Positions 27,662-37,574 are shown, counted from the first letter of the stretch. The stretch is DNA of 64,000 nucleotides from an uncultured bacterium (GCA_964654695.1 CAZZKJ010000002.1:1363-65362), one strand, 5' to 3'. Translations and numbers: made by a program. The notes: generated from the sequence alone by a model not told the origin.

Positions 27662-28357
27662 CTACTTGGAAGATGATCCGGAACGATCGTAGATACGGCG
27701 CTTGTGGCATGAAGGGGAACAGCTTCCCCCGCTTTTGTTCTGGTCCCAACTGATGCTCATCTTCCACTTTCCAAAGGGGGAACGGTCGCGTAATAGAGCG
27801 GGCTTCGGGCCGGTGTGGGGAAAATGGCAGATCTTGCACGAACGCCCCTTATCGGGGCGGCCGACGTGGACCGAGTGCAGGTTTTTATCGCCGTTGCGAA
27901 AGGAAGTTGCTTCCGTTGTAACCTTATTCGCTACAAGAGACACTTCGTGGCATGAAAAGCATAGTGCAAACGCTTCCTCGGACCACGGAGCATAAAGACC
28001 TTCAGGAAAATCCATAGTGAGCATCTTCTTGCTGCCGCTGCCGTGAGGATCATGGCACATCGTGCATCCCCCCGCTTCGATCGCACCGTGCACAACGGTT
28101 CCGGCGGCGGTTTCCTCGTGGCAGAGGAGACAAAGCGCATTGTCTTCTTCCATCAGATTGAATGCGTGTTTTTTCTCGTCTGTGAGTTCGTGGCAGTTAT
28201 CGCATCCTTCTTCGAGAATCGGGTGCTTGTTTTCCATCTCCCTGAAGTTCTCATGACAGCCGGGGGCAATGCATTCCGTTTCCTGGGAGAAAACTGGTGC
28301 CGAGAAAAGCATTGGGGTCAAAACGGCGCAAATATTAATAAAACGCACACGGTTCAT
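27662..28357 (-). CDS. Multihaem c-type cytochrome (5 canonical CxxCH plus CX3CH and CX4CH variants), secreted
   Basis: Signal peptide 'MNRVRFINICAVLTPMLFSAPVFSQE'; start chosen at ATG 28357. Motifs are CDNCH, CLLCH, CTMCHDPH, CFSCH and CKICHFPH, plus 'CIAPGCH' and 'CSPSCH'. It converges on the 12-haem gene with a 59-bp gap. Confidence 0.7.
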   Translation of the reverse strand: MNRVRFINICAVLTPMLFSAPVFSQETECIAPGCHENFREMENKHPILEEGCDNCHELTDEKKHAFNLMEEDNALCLLCHEETAAGTVVHGAIEAGGCTMCHDPHGSGSKKMLTMDFPEGLYAPWSEEAFALCFSCHEVSLVANKVTTEATSFRNGDKNLHSVHVGRPDKGRSCKICHFPHTGPKPALLRDRSPFGKWKMSISWDQNKSGGSCSPSCHKRRIYDRSGSSSK

Positions 28358-28523
28358 ATAGCTATCTCCAGGGATAAAGTCGTAACTCCCGTTCGGCTGA
28401 TTATCGGATTCCCGTTTTAAGCCGGTCGATAATACCACGTCTTTCGGCAAAATCCTATCTAATTCATGCTCGACAACGATTCTTTAACCGGTTAAATTAA
28501 ATTGCTGAGAAAGGGAGTTCCTT

Positions 28524-28913
28524 ATGGACATGACCATCAGACTTGCCGGCGGCAAAAAAGTAGAAGCGGCGTTTGGGGAATTTACCGTCAAAACCGATCA
28601 ACCGGCAGAAGCCGGCGGAAGCGGCTCCGCCCCGACACCGTTCGATCTCTTTTTGGCCTCCATCGGCACATGTGCGGGATTATATGTCGGCAATTTCTGT
28701 TCGGAGCGCGGCATCTCTTTGGATCAACTCGCGATTACACTCCGGACCGCGCGCAGTTCAGGGGGAAGTATGATCGACAGAATCACTCTTGAAATCTCCC
28801 TGCCGCCGGAGTTTCCCGAGAAATACAAAGACACGGTAATAAAAGTCGCCAACCTTTGCGCGGTAAAGAAGCACATAATGAATCCGCCGGTGTTCGAGAT
28901 TACGACAGTATAA
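28524..28913 (+). CDS. OsmC/Ohr family peroxiredoxin-like protein
   Basis: 129 aa. 'APTPFDLFLASIGTCAGLYV' and 'LCAVKKHI' carry the two conserved Cys of the OsmC fold. Confidence 0.7.
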   Translation: MDMTIRLAGGKKVEAAFGEFTVKTDQPAEAGGSGSAPTPFDLFLASIGTCAGLYVGNFCSERGISLDQLAITLRTARSSGGSMIDRITLEISLPPEFPEKYKDTVIKVANLCAVKKHIMNPPVFEITTV

Positions 28914-28968
28914 GAGCGGCACTCTGCTAAGAACTTGTCAAAGAGCTTTTTTCTCAGCCGGAGATCTT

Positions 28969-29787
28969 ATGATAATACGAGAATCTTTTGCCGGACTCCA
29001 CCCGGTCATTCAGGCCCTGGTCGCCACGTCCTTTACATGGTTTCTGACGGCCCTCGGCGCGGGAATAGTACTTGTAATCAAGGATATTAACAGGAAACTC
29101 TTGGACGGCATGCTCGGCTTCGCTGCGGGCGTAATGATCGCAGCCAGCTATTGGTCGCTTCTCGCCCCGGCGATAGAGATGTCCGCGGGCCAATCACTGC
29201 CGGTTTGGATTCCTCCCGCGGTTGGTTTTCTTCTGGGGGCGGTGGTGCTTCGCAGTATCGACAAGATCCTGCCGCACTTGCATCTTGGATTTCCGACCGA
29301 AGAGGCCGAAGGAGTCAGCACGCGGTGGCGGCGAACCACTCTTCTGGTGCTCGCCATTACCCTGCACAATATTCCCGAAGGCCTGGCCGTGGGCGTGGCC
29401 TTCGGCGCTGTCGCGGCCGGCATTCCCTCCGCTACGATGGCCGGCGCCGTGGCCCTCGCCCTGGGTATCGGAATTCAGAATTTTCCGGAGGGCGTTGCCG
29501 TCGCGATGCCTCTCAGAAGAGAAGGCTTATCGCGGTTCAGGAGCTTTTTCTTTGGACAGCTTTCAGCAGTAGTAGAGCCCATGGCCGGGGTTGTGGGAGC
29601 GGCTGCGGTAATAATAGCGAGACCGATATTACCCTACGCTCTCTCATTCGCGGCCGGCGCAATGATTTTTGTAGTGGTGGAGGAAGTCGTTCCCGAATCG
29701 CATCGGGGCGGAAACACCGACACCGCGACCATGGGGGCGATGATCGGCTTCGTGGTCATGATGATCCTGGATGTAGCTTTTGGATAG
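28969..29787 (+). CDS. zupT: ZIP family metal (Zn/Fe) transporter
   Basis: 'HNIPEGLAVGVAFGAV' and 'GIQNFPEGVAVAMPL' are ZIP signature helices IV/V. There are 8 predicted TM helices. 272 aa. Confidence 0.8.
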   Translation: MIIRESFAGLHPVIQALVATSFTWFLTALGAGIVLVIKDINRKLLDGMLGFAAGVMIAASYWSLLAPAIEMSAGQSLPVWIPPAVGFLLGAVVLRSIDKILPHLHLGFPTEEAEGVSTRWRRTTLLVLAITLHNIPEGLAVGVAFGAVAAGIPSATMAGAVALALGIGIQNFPEGVAVAMPLRREGLSRFRSFFFGQLSAVVEPMAGVVGAAAVIIARPILPYALSFAAGAMIFVVVEEVVPESHRGGNTDTATMGAMIGFVVMMILDVAFG

Positions 29788-29792
29788 CCGGA

Positions 29793-31931
29793 TCAGTAGA
29801 GCTCCGCAGGGCTGATCTTTATCCTCGCATCGACGATCTTGCAGCCTTCCCGGTCGGGCGTGAAAATAAAAGGATTGATGTCCAGCTCTTCCAGACAGTG
29901 TACATCGGACACTAGCTGTGACAACCGCTGGATGGATTCCACTATATATTCTATGTCCACCCGCTCTTCCCCTCGAACACCTTGCAGAATTGGATAGCCC
30001 TTGATACTTTGGACCATTTCCCAGGCATCCAGCCCTGTTACCGGCATCACGCGGAAAGAAATATCTTTCAAAGTCTCGACGTACTTCCCGCCCATTCCAA
30101 ACATAATAAGCGGTCCGAACTTATCATCCATGCTCATACCCAGGATGACTTCTTTTCCGCTTTCAGCCATTTCCTGGACAAAGAATCCTTTTACTCTGTC
30201 TACAGCGCCTGCGTCTGCCACGCGCTCTTCGATTATTTTCCTGGCAGCGTGCAGCTCATCGCTGTTTTTTATTCCCACAACCACCCCGCCAATGTCCGAC
30301 TTGTGGATAATTCCCTCGCCTTCGACTTTAAGAACCAAAGGATAACCCACAGATTCCGCAGCCTCGATGAGGTCTCCTTTCTTGGGGACAACGGCATGGC
30401 GGCATACCGGAAATCCGTAATCAGCGAGGATTCTATAGACTTCAACGGGGGCAAGGAATCCGCCGCCGCTTTTTTGCCGGCCGCATATGATATCGCTGAT
30501 ACCGGCTCTCCGGGCTTCGAAGTGCTTTATTTCACCTTCGGGCCGGTTTTTCCATTTTTGATACCCATGCATCAGCGAAGCCACCTTGACGGCGGACTCG
30601 GGGAAAATATAAAACGGAGGCGCATCTTTTATCTCAATCGGCAGCTCTTCGAGGTATCGATCCTCAGCCATCAGCACCATGAATACCGGCTTGTCGAACT
30701 TGCGCACAGATTCGGTAAGTCTTCTCACGACTTCCTTGGGCTCTATCATTATAGGGGGAACAAAAATTACAATAAGCATATCCACTTCGCCGTCTTCCAG
30801 AACAAACGCGGCGGCGCGCTCATATTCTCCGGCACCCGCACCGGCCAGCATGTCGACGGGATTACTGACACTGGCTTCCGCCGGCAGGATACCGGCCAGT
30901 TTGTTACAGGTATTCTCGCTCAAGGGCGCGATTTTCAAACCCTGCGTTTCAACGGCATCCGCCGCCATGATGCCCGGACCGCCGGCGTTTGTAAGAATGC
31001 CTACTTTGTCGCCAATCGGCAGCGGGGACTTGGTAAACCCCAGGACCAAGTCCATCATCTCTTCTATCGTAGACACCCGGACTACACCGCACTGCTTTAG
31101 CAGCGCGTCGACCGCAATTTCCATTCCCGCGAGCGCTCCGGTGTGAGAGGAAGCAGCCCTCGCTCCGGCCGCGGTGGTTCCTGACTTAACGACGACGATC
31201 GGTTTTTTCTTCGATATCCTCTTGGAAAGCTGCGTAAAATGGCGGGGATGGCCGAACGACTCCAGGTAGAGTGCTATGACTTTTGTATATTCATCGTGTT
31301 CCCAATACTCCAGCAGATCGTTTCCGGAAACATCGGCTTTGTTTCCCACGCTTATAAAATAGGAAAGCCCGAGATTGAGTTTTTTGGCTGCCAGCAGAAT
31401 AGCAACGCCCAGGGCTCCGCTCTGGCTCATCATTGCGAGCGCCCCGGCCTCAGGCTCCACCGGCGCGAAAGTTGCATTCAACCGCACCGAAGGTGTTGCA
31501 TTTATCAGCCCCATGCAGTTGGGTCCAACTATGCGGAAGCCGTATTTGCCCGCCAGATCTGTAAGCGCATTTTCTCTATTTATGCCTTCCCCGCCGATTT
31601 CCTTGAAGCCCGCACTAATAACGACCAGCCCTTTGACTCCTTTTTTGCCGCAGTTCTCTGCAACTTCGAGGACTTTTTCCTTGGGAACGATGATAATCGC
31701 AAGATCGATCTCGTCGGGTATGCTCAAAACCGATGGATATGCCTTGATGCTGTGAATGAATTCATACTTGGAATTTACCGGGAAGAGTTTGCCGTTGAAT
31801 TCAAACTCTATCAAGTTATGCAGAAGCTCATGGCCGATACTGCCCTTGCGCGCCGTCGCTCCAACAATCGCCACGGATTTTGGTTTGAAAATGGAATCGA
31901 GGGTTTTCATGCCGGCACCGCCCGCCTTCAC
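29793..31931 (-). CDS. Acetate-CoA ligase (ADP-forming) / NDP-forming acyl-CoA synthetase, fused alpha-beta (CoA-binding + succinyl-CoA-synthetase-like + ATP-grasp)
   Basis: N-terminal CoA-binding 'KSVAIVGATARKGSIGHELLHNL'. Catalytic His context 'AGARAASSHTGALAG'. C-terminal ATP-grasp 'GYPLVLKVEGEGIIHKSDIGGVVVGI'. Confidence 0.8.
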   Translation of the reverse strand: MKAGGAGMKTLDSIFKPKSVAIVGATARKGSIGHELLHNLIEFEFNGKLFPVNSKYEFIHSIKAYPSVLSIPDEIDLAIIIVPKEKVLEVAENCGKKGVKGLVVISAGFKEIGGEGINRENALTDLAGKYGFRIVGPNCMGLINATPSVRLNATFAPVEPEAGALAMMSQSGALGVAILLAAKKLNLGLSYFISVGNKADVSGNDLLEYWEHDEYTKVIALYLESFGHPRHFTQLSKRISKKKPIVVVKSGTTAAGARAASSHTGALAGMEIAVDALLKQCGVVRVSTIEEMMDLVLGFTKSPLPIGDKVGILTNAGGPGIMAADAVETQGLKIAPLSENTCNKLAGILPAEASVSNPVDMLAGAGAGEYERAAAFVLEDGEVDMLIVIFVPPIMIEPKEVVRRLTESVRKFDKPVFMVLMAEDRYLEELPIEIKDAPPFYIFPESAVKVASLMHGYQKWKNRPEGEIKHFEARRAGISDIICGRQKSGGGFLAPVEVYRILADYGFPVCRHAVVPKKGDLIEAAESVGYPLVLKVEGEGIIHKSDIGGVVVGIKNSDELHAARKIIEERVADAGAVDRVKGFFVQEMAESGKEVILGMSMDDKFGPLIMFGMGGKYVETLKDISFRVMPVTGLDAWEMVQSIKGYPILQGVRGEERVDIEYIVESIQRLSQLVSDVHCLEELDINPFIFTPDREGCKIVDARIKISPAELY

Positions 31932-31944
31932 TTAATATTACTTA

Positions 31945-34900
31945 TTATTTACCGCGGTCAAGTAAATCATAAATCACCGGAATTGCATAGAGCGTAAATA
32001 CCGCGGAAACCATTACGCCGCCCATGGTTACAATCGCCATTACCGCTCTGAATTCGCTGCCGGCTCCGCCTAGAGCCTGCGGCAGCATGCCGATGGCGAT
32101 GGCCAGGTTGGATATGATTACCGGCCGCAGTCTGACGGGACATGCTTCTATCAGGGCTTCGCGCCGCCCCATACCCCGGTTTCTCAGGACCGAAGTATAA
32201 TCCAGAAGCAGGATGGCGTTGTTTACCACTATTCCCACCAGCATTACCAGCGCCATGAGAGAAAAAATATTAATGGTTTGCCCTGTTATGAAAAGCCCGA
32301 AACCCATACCCACCAGCCCCAGCGGAAGCGTCATCATGACCGTAACGGGATGGAGGAAGGACTCCAAAACGCCCGCCAAAACCATGTACGTAAGTATTAT
32401 TGCCAAAATAAGCGCCGTAAATATGGATGCGAATGATTCCTCCTGCATTTCCACCAGACCGCCATAGTGAACCCTGTACCCCGACGGCATTTCCACGCCT
32501 TCGAGTTTGCTCCTTATGGTTTTAACCAGCTCATTCAATGTGCCGCTCGCTATATTTGCTTCAATTCGTATAAGTTTTTGCCTGTCTTTGCGAAGAATCT
32601 GGCGCTGGGTGGATCCGAACTCGACGGAACCCAGCTGGGTAATAGGCACCATGTAATCGCCGGCGGCTATCTCGGTGGCCAGCACATCCGCAACTTCATT
32701 TCTTTCACTATCAGAATATCGAACCCGTATATCGAACTCATCATTCCCGTCACGGAAGCGCGATTGAATATCTCCTTCGTAGCCCGTCCTGAGCGCCATC
32801 GCCAGCATCAAGGAACTCAATCCGAAACGATCAAGCTCCTTTCTGTCCGGAATGAACGCAAGTTCGGGTTTTTCCTCTTTAAAGCTGGTTTGGAGACCAG
32901 ACAATCCGCGTATCGTGGCGACCGAGTCGAAAATAGTTTTCGACAGGTTTTTCAGGACTTCTATGTCGGCTCCGGTGATATTCAATACTATATCGGATTG
33001 TTCTTCTTCTCCCCCGGAGGCTTTTGCTCTTATCGTTGCCCCCGGTATCGACGCCAAAAGAGGATTAAGGGAGCTCGTGAATTCTACGATGCCTTGATCG
33101 CGCTCCTTCTTTTCAACAATCCTCAGCACTATCGTGCCGTCTTCCACACCTTTGTTCTCTCCTCCCACGGAAGCGAGGACCGATATCGTTTCGGGGATTT
33201 TTTCTAACTTGCTTTCAATTTCTTTCATTACCCTGTCAGTTTCATCGAGACTGCTGCCCGGAGGCATTTCTATTTCAATAGTGATGAGGGCTTCGTCCAA
33301 AGTGGGCATGAACTCTCCCCCTACTTTGCCCAGAAGAAAAACAGCAAAAAATAACGCCAATACCGATGCCGCCACAACGCGCGCCCGGTGGTTGAGGGCG
33401 CTTTCGAGACTGCTTTTGTACAGTGCGGTAACCGCGTTATAAAAATTGTCCCAGGATTTTTCGAATCTGTTTTTCAGGCCGGTCCCGCCTGCCGCCGGTC
33501 CGCCGGGCGATTCTTTCGGGGATCCATTATTCTTGTCCGCCCCTTCGTTGGATTCGCCATCCGCCTGGCTTCGGCTCCGGCGGGCGCGGAAGAACTTGCT
33601 CGCCAAAAGCGGCGTAAGCGTGAAGGATACGAAAAGGGAAAAAATGGTAGCAAACACCACTGTAAGACCGAACTGATAGAAAAACCTGCCCACGATTCCG
33701 GACATGAAGGCGATGGGGGTGAAAACAACGATGTTGGTAAGAGTCGACGCTACAACCGCCAGAGCTATTTCGCTTGTCCCCTCGATCGCCGCATCATCAG
33801 GGCTCTTTCCCATGTCCAGGTGGCGCATGATATTTTCCAGAACCACGATGGCATTTGTAACAAGAACGCCCACGGTGATTCCCAGGGCCATAAGCGTCAT
33901 GATGTTAAGCGTGAACCCTGCAAAATCTATCAAGAGGAACGTCGCAATCACGGATGTGGGCATCGCCACTGCGGCTATCGTCGTCACACGCAGGCTGTGC
34001 AGGAATAAATACAGCAAGATGGTTGTGAGAATGATTCCGATGAAAATATTCTGAGTAACGTCCTTTACGGCGTCCTTTATGAACTGCGAACGATCCTGCG
34101 CAACATCAACTTTATAATCGGGAGGCAATATGTCAGCAAGTTCTTCCAGCGCTGCGTACACGCCGTCGGATGTTTCAACCGTATTGGCACCCGAACGTTT
34201 CTGGATTTCAACGCCGACACTGGGCTTGCCGTTGAATCTCGCCAGATCGCGCTGGTCCTTGAATCCGTCTATTATTTCGGCGATATTTTCGAGGGCTATG
34301 GAACCATTATCCTTCAGAGGTATCCTTATTTTTCTCAACTCTTCGAGATTCTCGAATTCTCCCAGGAGCCTGAGCGTGTATTCTTTTCTTTTTTCAATAA
34401 TGCGGCCGGCCGGAACATTGAGATTTTCGGCGGCAACCGCTCCGGAAATCTGGGGAAGAGACAAACCATAAGCCCTCAGCAGACGTTTATCCACCGCTAC
34501 GTGGATCTCGCGCTGTCTTCCGCCGATAATGCCCACGCTCGCTACGCCCTCGACGCGGGACAGGTAATCTTTTATTACGTCCTTGGTGGTTTGATATACC
34601 TCGTCGAGCGGCCGCGGGCTGGAAACGGCTAGATCTATGATTGGCTCGGCATTGATATCAAACTTCTGAATGACCGGCAGCTTGGCGTCTTCGGGAAATT
34701 CGGCCGTAATAGCATCAACTTTATCTTTGACTTCGTTCGCGGCAACATCTACATCCACCCCCAGTTCGAACTCCAGGATAACCAGCGATACGTTTTCCTG
34801 CGAAATGCTTTCCAGTGTTTTGAGGTCGCTGATGGTGCTGGCCGCATCCTCGATTTTCTTGGTAATCTGGGTTTCAACTTCGTTTGGGCCGGCGCCCGGA

Positions 34901-35052
34901 TAAACCGTGGTTACAATCACAAATGGGAATTCGACATCGGGAAGCAGGTCTATTACCAGCCTCCGCCACGAAAAGAGACCGAGAACCACGAATGCCAGGA
35001 CGAGCATCGTAGTCATCACAGGTTTTTTAACCGCTGTTCTCGCAAGAAACAA
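31945..35052 (-). CDS. RND efflux transporter permease (AcrB/HAE1-type, 12 TM, two large periplasmic loops)
   Basis: 1035 aa. 'FLARTAVKKPVMTTMLVLAFVVLG' is a typical AcrB N-terminus. Duplicated TM bundles are 'LMALGITVGVLVTNAIVVLENI' and 'SLMALVMLVGIVVNNAILLLD'. Confidence 0.9.
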   Translation of the reverse strand: MFLARTAVKKPVMTTMLVLAFVVLGLFSWRRLVIDLLPDVEFPFVIVTTVYPGAGPNEVETQITKKIEDAASTISDLKTLESISQENVSLVILEFELGVDVDVAANEVKDKVDAITAEFPEDAKLPVIQKFDINAEPIIDLAVSSPRPLDEVYQTTKDVIKDYLSRVEGVASVGIIGGRQREIHVAVDKRLLRAYGLSLPQISGAVAAENLNVPAGRIIEKRKEYTLRLLGEFENLEELRKIRIPLKDNGSIALENIAEIIDGFKDQRDLARFNGKPSVGVEIQKRSGANTVETSDGVYAALEELADILPPDYKVDVAQDRSQFIKDAVKDVTQNIFIGIILTTILLYLFLHSLRVTTIAAVAMPTSVIATFLLIDFAGFTLNIMTLMALGITVGVLVTNAIVVLENIMRHLDMGKSPDDAAIEGTSEIALAVVASTLTNIVVFTPIAFMSGIVGRFFYQFGLTVVFATIFSLFVSFTLTPLLASKFFRARRSRSQADGESNEGADKNNGSPKESPGGPAAGGTGLKNRFEKSWDNFYNAVTALYKSSLESALNHRARVVAASVLALFFAVFLLGKVGGEFMPTLDEALITIEIEMPPGSSLDETDRVMKEIESKLEKIPETISVLASVGGENKGVEDGTIVLRIVEKKERDQGIVEFTSSLNPLLASIPGATIRAKASGGEEEQSDIVLNITGADIEVLKNLSKTIFDSVATIRGLSGLQTSFKEEKPELAFIPDRKELDRFGLSSLMLAMALRTGYEGDIQSRFRDGNDEFDIRVRYSDSERNEVADVLATEIAAGDYMVPITQLGSVEFGSTQRQILRKDRQKLIRIEANIASGTLNELVKTIRSKLEGVEMPSGYRVHYGGLVEMQEESFASIFTALILAIILTYMVLAGVLESFLHPVTVMMTLPLGLVGMGFGLFITGQTINIFSLMALVMLVGIVVNNAILLLDYTSVLRNRGMGRREALIEACPVRLRPVIISNLAIAIGMLPQALGGAGSEFRAVMAIVTMGGVMVSAVFTLYAIPVIYDLLDRGK

Positions 35053-35097
35053 TTTGTTCCGCCTTTTTTATAATATCTGCGGCCGTACCCGCAGGGT

Positions 35098-36210
35098 CTA
35101 TTTGCCGTTCCCTCCGGCCGATCCGTGGATCTTCACCTTCGCCCCGTCGGCAAGCTTGAATTGTCCTCTAATAACCAGTTGATCGCCCACGGAAACATTT
35201 TTCACAGCGAATCTTCGCCCATTCCCCATTCCAATATCCACTTTGGTCAAGACCGCCCTATCTTCCTTTACCAGATAAACGAAATTCCCACTTTCGCGTT
35301 TTACCAGCGCATCGCCGGGAATGGTTACAATGTTTTCCATTTTCTCTACAAGAACCGATACCGCTGCTACAAGTCCTGGCTTTAGAAGTCCATTGGGGTT
35401 CTCCGCTGTTATCTCGGCCAAAAAAAGCTTGGTTTGCGTGTCCGCCGACAGGGATACCGTAGATACCACACCCTCGATGCCGCAGTTTTCGGGATTATCA
35501 ATTGCGTCGCCGCGCGGAGTATTGAGGCAGATGAAAGCCTTTTGCCCCTTCTGCAAAAGCCCGACTTCATTTTGTCCAACGAAGCAGCGCACGCGCACGC
35601 GGCCGGTTGACGCCACCGTTGCCAGCGGCAGGCCCGGCGCCGCGGCCGTTCCTTTTGTCGCATCCACCCGGGTAACCACGCCGTCGATAGGACTCATCAG
35701 GTCTACCATTGACAACGCCTGCGTGTATTGTGATTTCGCGTTCTTGTATCCCAGACGCGCTTTTTCCAGCATCTGCGCTGAGATGGCGCCTTCCTCGTAG
35801 AGATTCTCCGAACGTTCGAGATCACGCTCGGCATTGCCGAGGGCCTGTTCCGCGAGGGCGAACTGGTGGTAGGCGTTCCCCCTGCGGTCGCGGGCAAGCT
35901 TTATAACCACATCGCCTTTTTTAACCGATTCACCCTCCTTTTTCAGTATACCGGTTACATCTATGGCCATAGAACTTACGAGTTCCACCTGTTCGTATCC
36001 CTGGATGTCGCCCAGAAGACGCATGTATCTGCTCAGGGAGTTCCTTTCAACCGTCATTACATCAACGGGAATGCCTTCTTGCGCCTGGATTTCATCGATG
36101 CTGCGGACGGGCGTCTTGCCGCGGAGCGCGATGAACCGCAGCGCAAACACGATCACCAGGAAGATAATAATAACAGCTATAACGAATCTTGCTCTTTTGT
36201 TTGCAGACAT
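35098..36210 (-). CDS. RND efflux periplasmic adaptor (membrane fusion protein, HlyD/AcrA family)
   Basis: Start placed at ATG 36210 ('MSANKRARFVIAVIIIFLV' TM anchor, AGGAG RBS upstream). Coiled-coil 'ALAEQALGNAERDLERSENLYEEGAISAQMLEKARLGYKNAKSQYTQA'. Barrel domains. Confidence 0.85.
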   Translation of the reverse strand: MSANKRARFVIAVIIIFLVIVFALRFIALRGKTPVRSIDEIQAQEGIPVDVMTVERNSLSRYMRLLGDIQGYEQVELVSSMAIDVTGILKKEGESVKKGDVVIKLARDRRGNAYHQFALAEQALGNAERDLERSENLYEEGAISAQMLEKARLGYKNAKSQYTQALSMVDLMSPIDGVVTRVDATKGTAAAPGLPLATVASTGRVRVRCFVGQNEVGLLQKGQKAFICLNTPRGDAIDNPENCGIEGVVSTVSLSADTQTKLFLAEITAENPNGLLKPGLVAAVSVLVEKMENIVTIPGDALVKRESGNFVYLVKEDRAVLTKVDIGMGNGRRFAVKNVSVGDQLVIRGQFKLADGAKVKIHGSAGGNGK

Positions 36211-36227
36211 CTTTTTGCTCCTCGTGA

Positions 36228-37574
36228 TCAATAACCTATTGCGTTTGCAAGTCTTTCCCCGGTAATTATGCACCGGTACTTCGCTTCTATATAATTTAAA
36301 CGGGCCGTAGTCAAAGCCAGCTCCGTATCACTGAGTTCTAAAGAAGTTGACACCCCGTTTCGATACCGTGCCACGGCGAGGCGGTAGGCTTCCTCCGCCA
36401 TGGCCACGGTTGCTTTCTGGCTGTTCAGATTCTTAACATCCGCCGCGAGCTCGTCATAGAGCTGAGTGATCTGCAGGGCCACCGCTTTTTCGATCTTATC
36501 CAGAGAATACCTGGCAATATTATAATCCGCTTTTGCCTGTTTTATCTTGCCGCGGTTGGCGAAACCGTCGAAAAGCGGAACCGACAGCGACAGCCCCACC
36601 CCCAAACTGCTCGCGATTTTATCCGACGAGGGAAAAAACTTGTCCGATTCCTGGCCTTCCACGAAGTAACTTCCGAACGCGGACAGGAACGGATAGTTGA
36701 AGCGCCTGGTTACTTTGTAAATTTTCTGCGCCATGTTTACTCTGAGGCGAAGGGATTGAATATCAGGACGGCTTTCGTAAGCCTTTGCGATTACGCTTTC
36801 CAGATCGTACCGGACAGATTCGAACTCGAGCGTGCCCGTGAGTTTCACCGGCGTCGACCTGTCGATACCGATCGTTCGTTTCAAATCGAGAAGCGCGAGG
36901 TTGACCGCGTTCTCCGAGGCAATCACAGCCGGCACCGTGTTTTTTACACTTACCTCGGCCCGCAGCGAATCGAAGCGGGACGCCATCTGCTGCTGAAACA
37001 TCAGCATGGTCTCTCTGAAATGCCTTTGCGCCTGAGTGAGTGTCTGCCTGCTGATTACAAGCGCTTCGCGGGCGAGAAGAACACCATAGTAGGCTTCCTT
37101 TGCTTGCAGCACCACAGTCTGCTCGACGCTTTCCGCATCTTTTTCGGAGCTTCTCAAAAAATAATCCGCGATTTTTATCGCACCGCCGATCCTGCCGAAT
37201 GCAAAAAGGGGTTGGGTCAATAACAGCGATGCGCGAAAATCGTTTTTCTCGCCGATTTCGATTTGCATTATCTCGTCGGTCTCGGGATTCGGGAAAAAGA
37301 TTACCGGCCGAAGGATGTTTCTCGTATATCCCAGTTCTGCGGACAACTTCGGCAGCGCGGAAGCAAAGGCTTCCTGTTTTTGCCCCCGGGCCTTGTCAAA
37401 CGCAGACCTGGCGATCTTTATGTCTTCATTGTGCTCGAGGGCCATCTTCACGGCCGTACCCAGGCTCAAAAAGAGAGTGTCTGTTCGGGTGTTCTCATAC
37501 GGCACTGCGTTCGCATGCACCGCCGGAAGCAGCATCGCAAGAATGATTGATATATTAATTACGCGCAAAAACAT
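36228..37574 (-). CDS. TolC-family outer membrane efflux protein
   Basis: Signal 'MFLRVINISIILAMLLPAVHA'. Two repeated OEP halves with coiled-coil regions. 448 aa. It lies immediately upstream of the adaptor and RND genes. Confidence 0.85.
   Translation of the reverse strand: MFLRVINISIILAMLLPAVHANAVPYENTRTDTLFLSLGTAVKMALEHNEDIKIARSAFDKARGQKQEAFASALPKLSAELGYTRNILRPVIFFPNPETDEIMQIEIGEKNDFRASLLLTQPLFAFGRIGGAIKIADYFLRSSEKDAESVEQTVVLQAKEAYYGVLLAREALVISRQTLTQAQRHFRETMLMFQQQMASRFDSLRAEVSVKNTVPAVIASENAVNLALLDLKRTIGIDRSTPVKLTGTLEFESVRYDLESVIAKAYESRPDIQSLRLRVNMAQKIYKVTRRFNYPFLSAFGSYFVEGQESDKFFPSSDKIASSLGVGLSLSVPLFDGFANRGKIKQAKADYNIARYSLDKIEKAVALQITQLYDELAADVKNLNSQKATVAMAEEAYRLAVARYRNGVSTSLELSDTELALTTARLNYIEAKYRCIITGERLANAIGY

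Noticed and set aside
29151-31100. Plus-strand ORFs 29151-29915 (254 aa, Arg/Gly-rich) and 29982-31100 (372 aa)
   Set aside because: These are alternative-frame or antisense ORFs over the ZIP transporter and the acetate-CoA ligase. Arg-rich low-complexity translation is typical of out-of-frame GC-rich DNA.
31239-34054. Several plus-strand ORFs (31239-31997, 32467-33207, 33388-34008, 33704-34054)
   Set aside because: All are antisense to the ACS and RND permease genes, which are confidently called.
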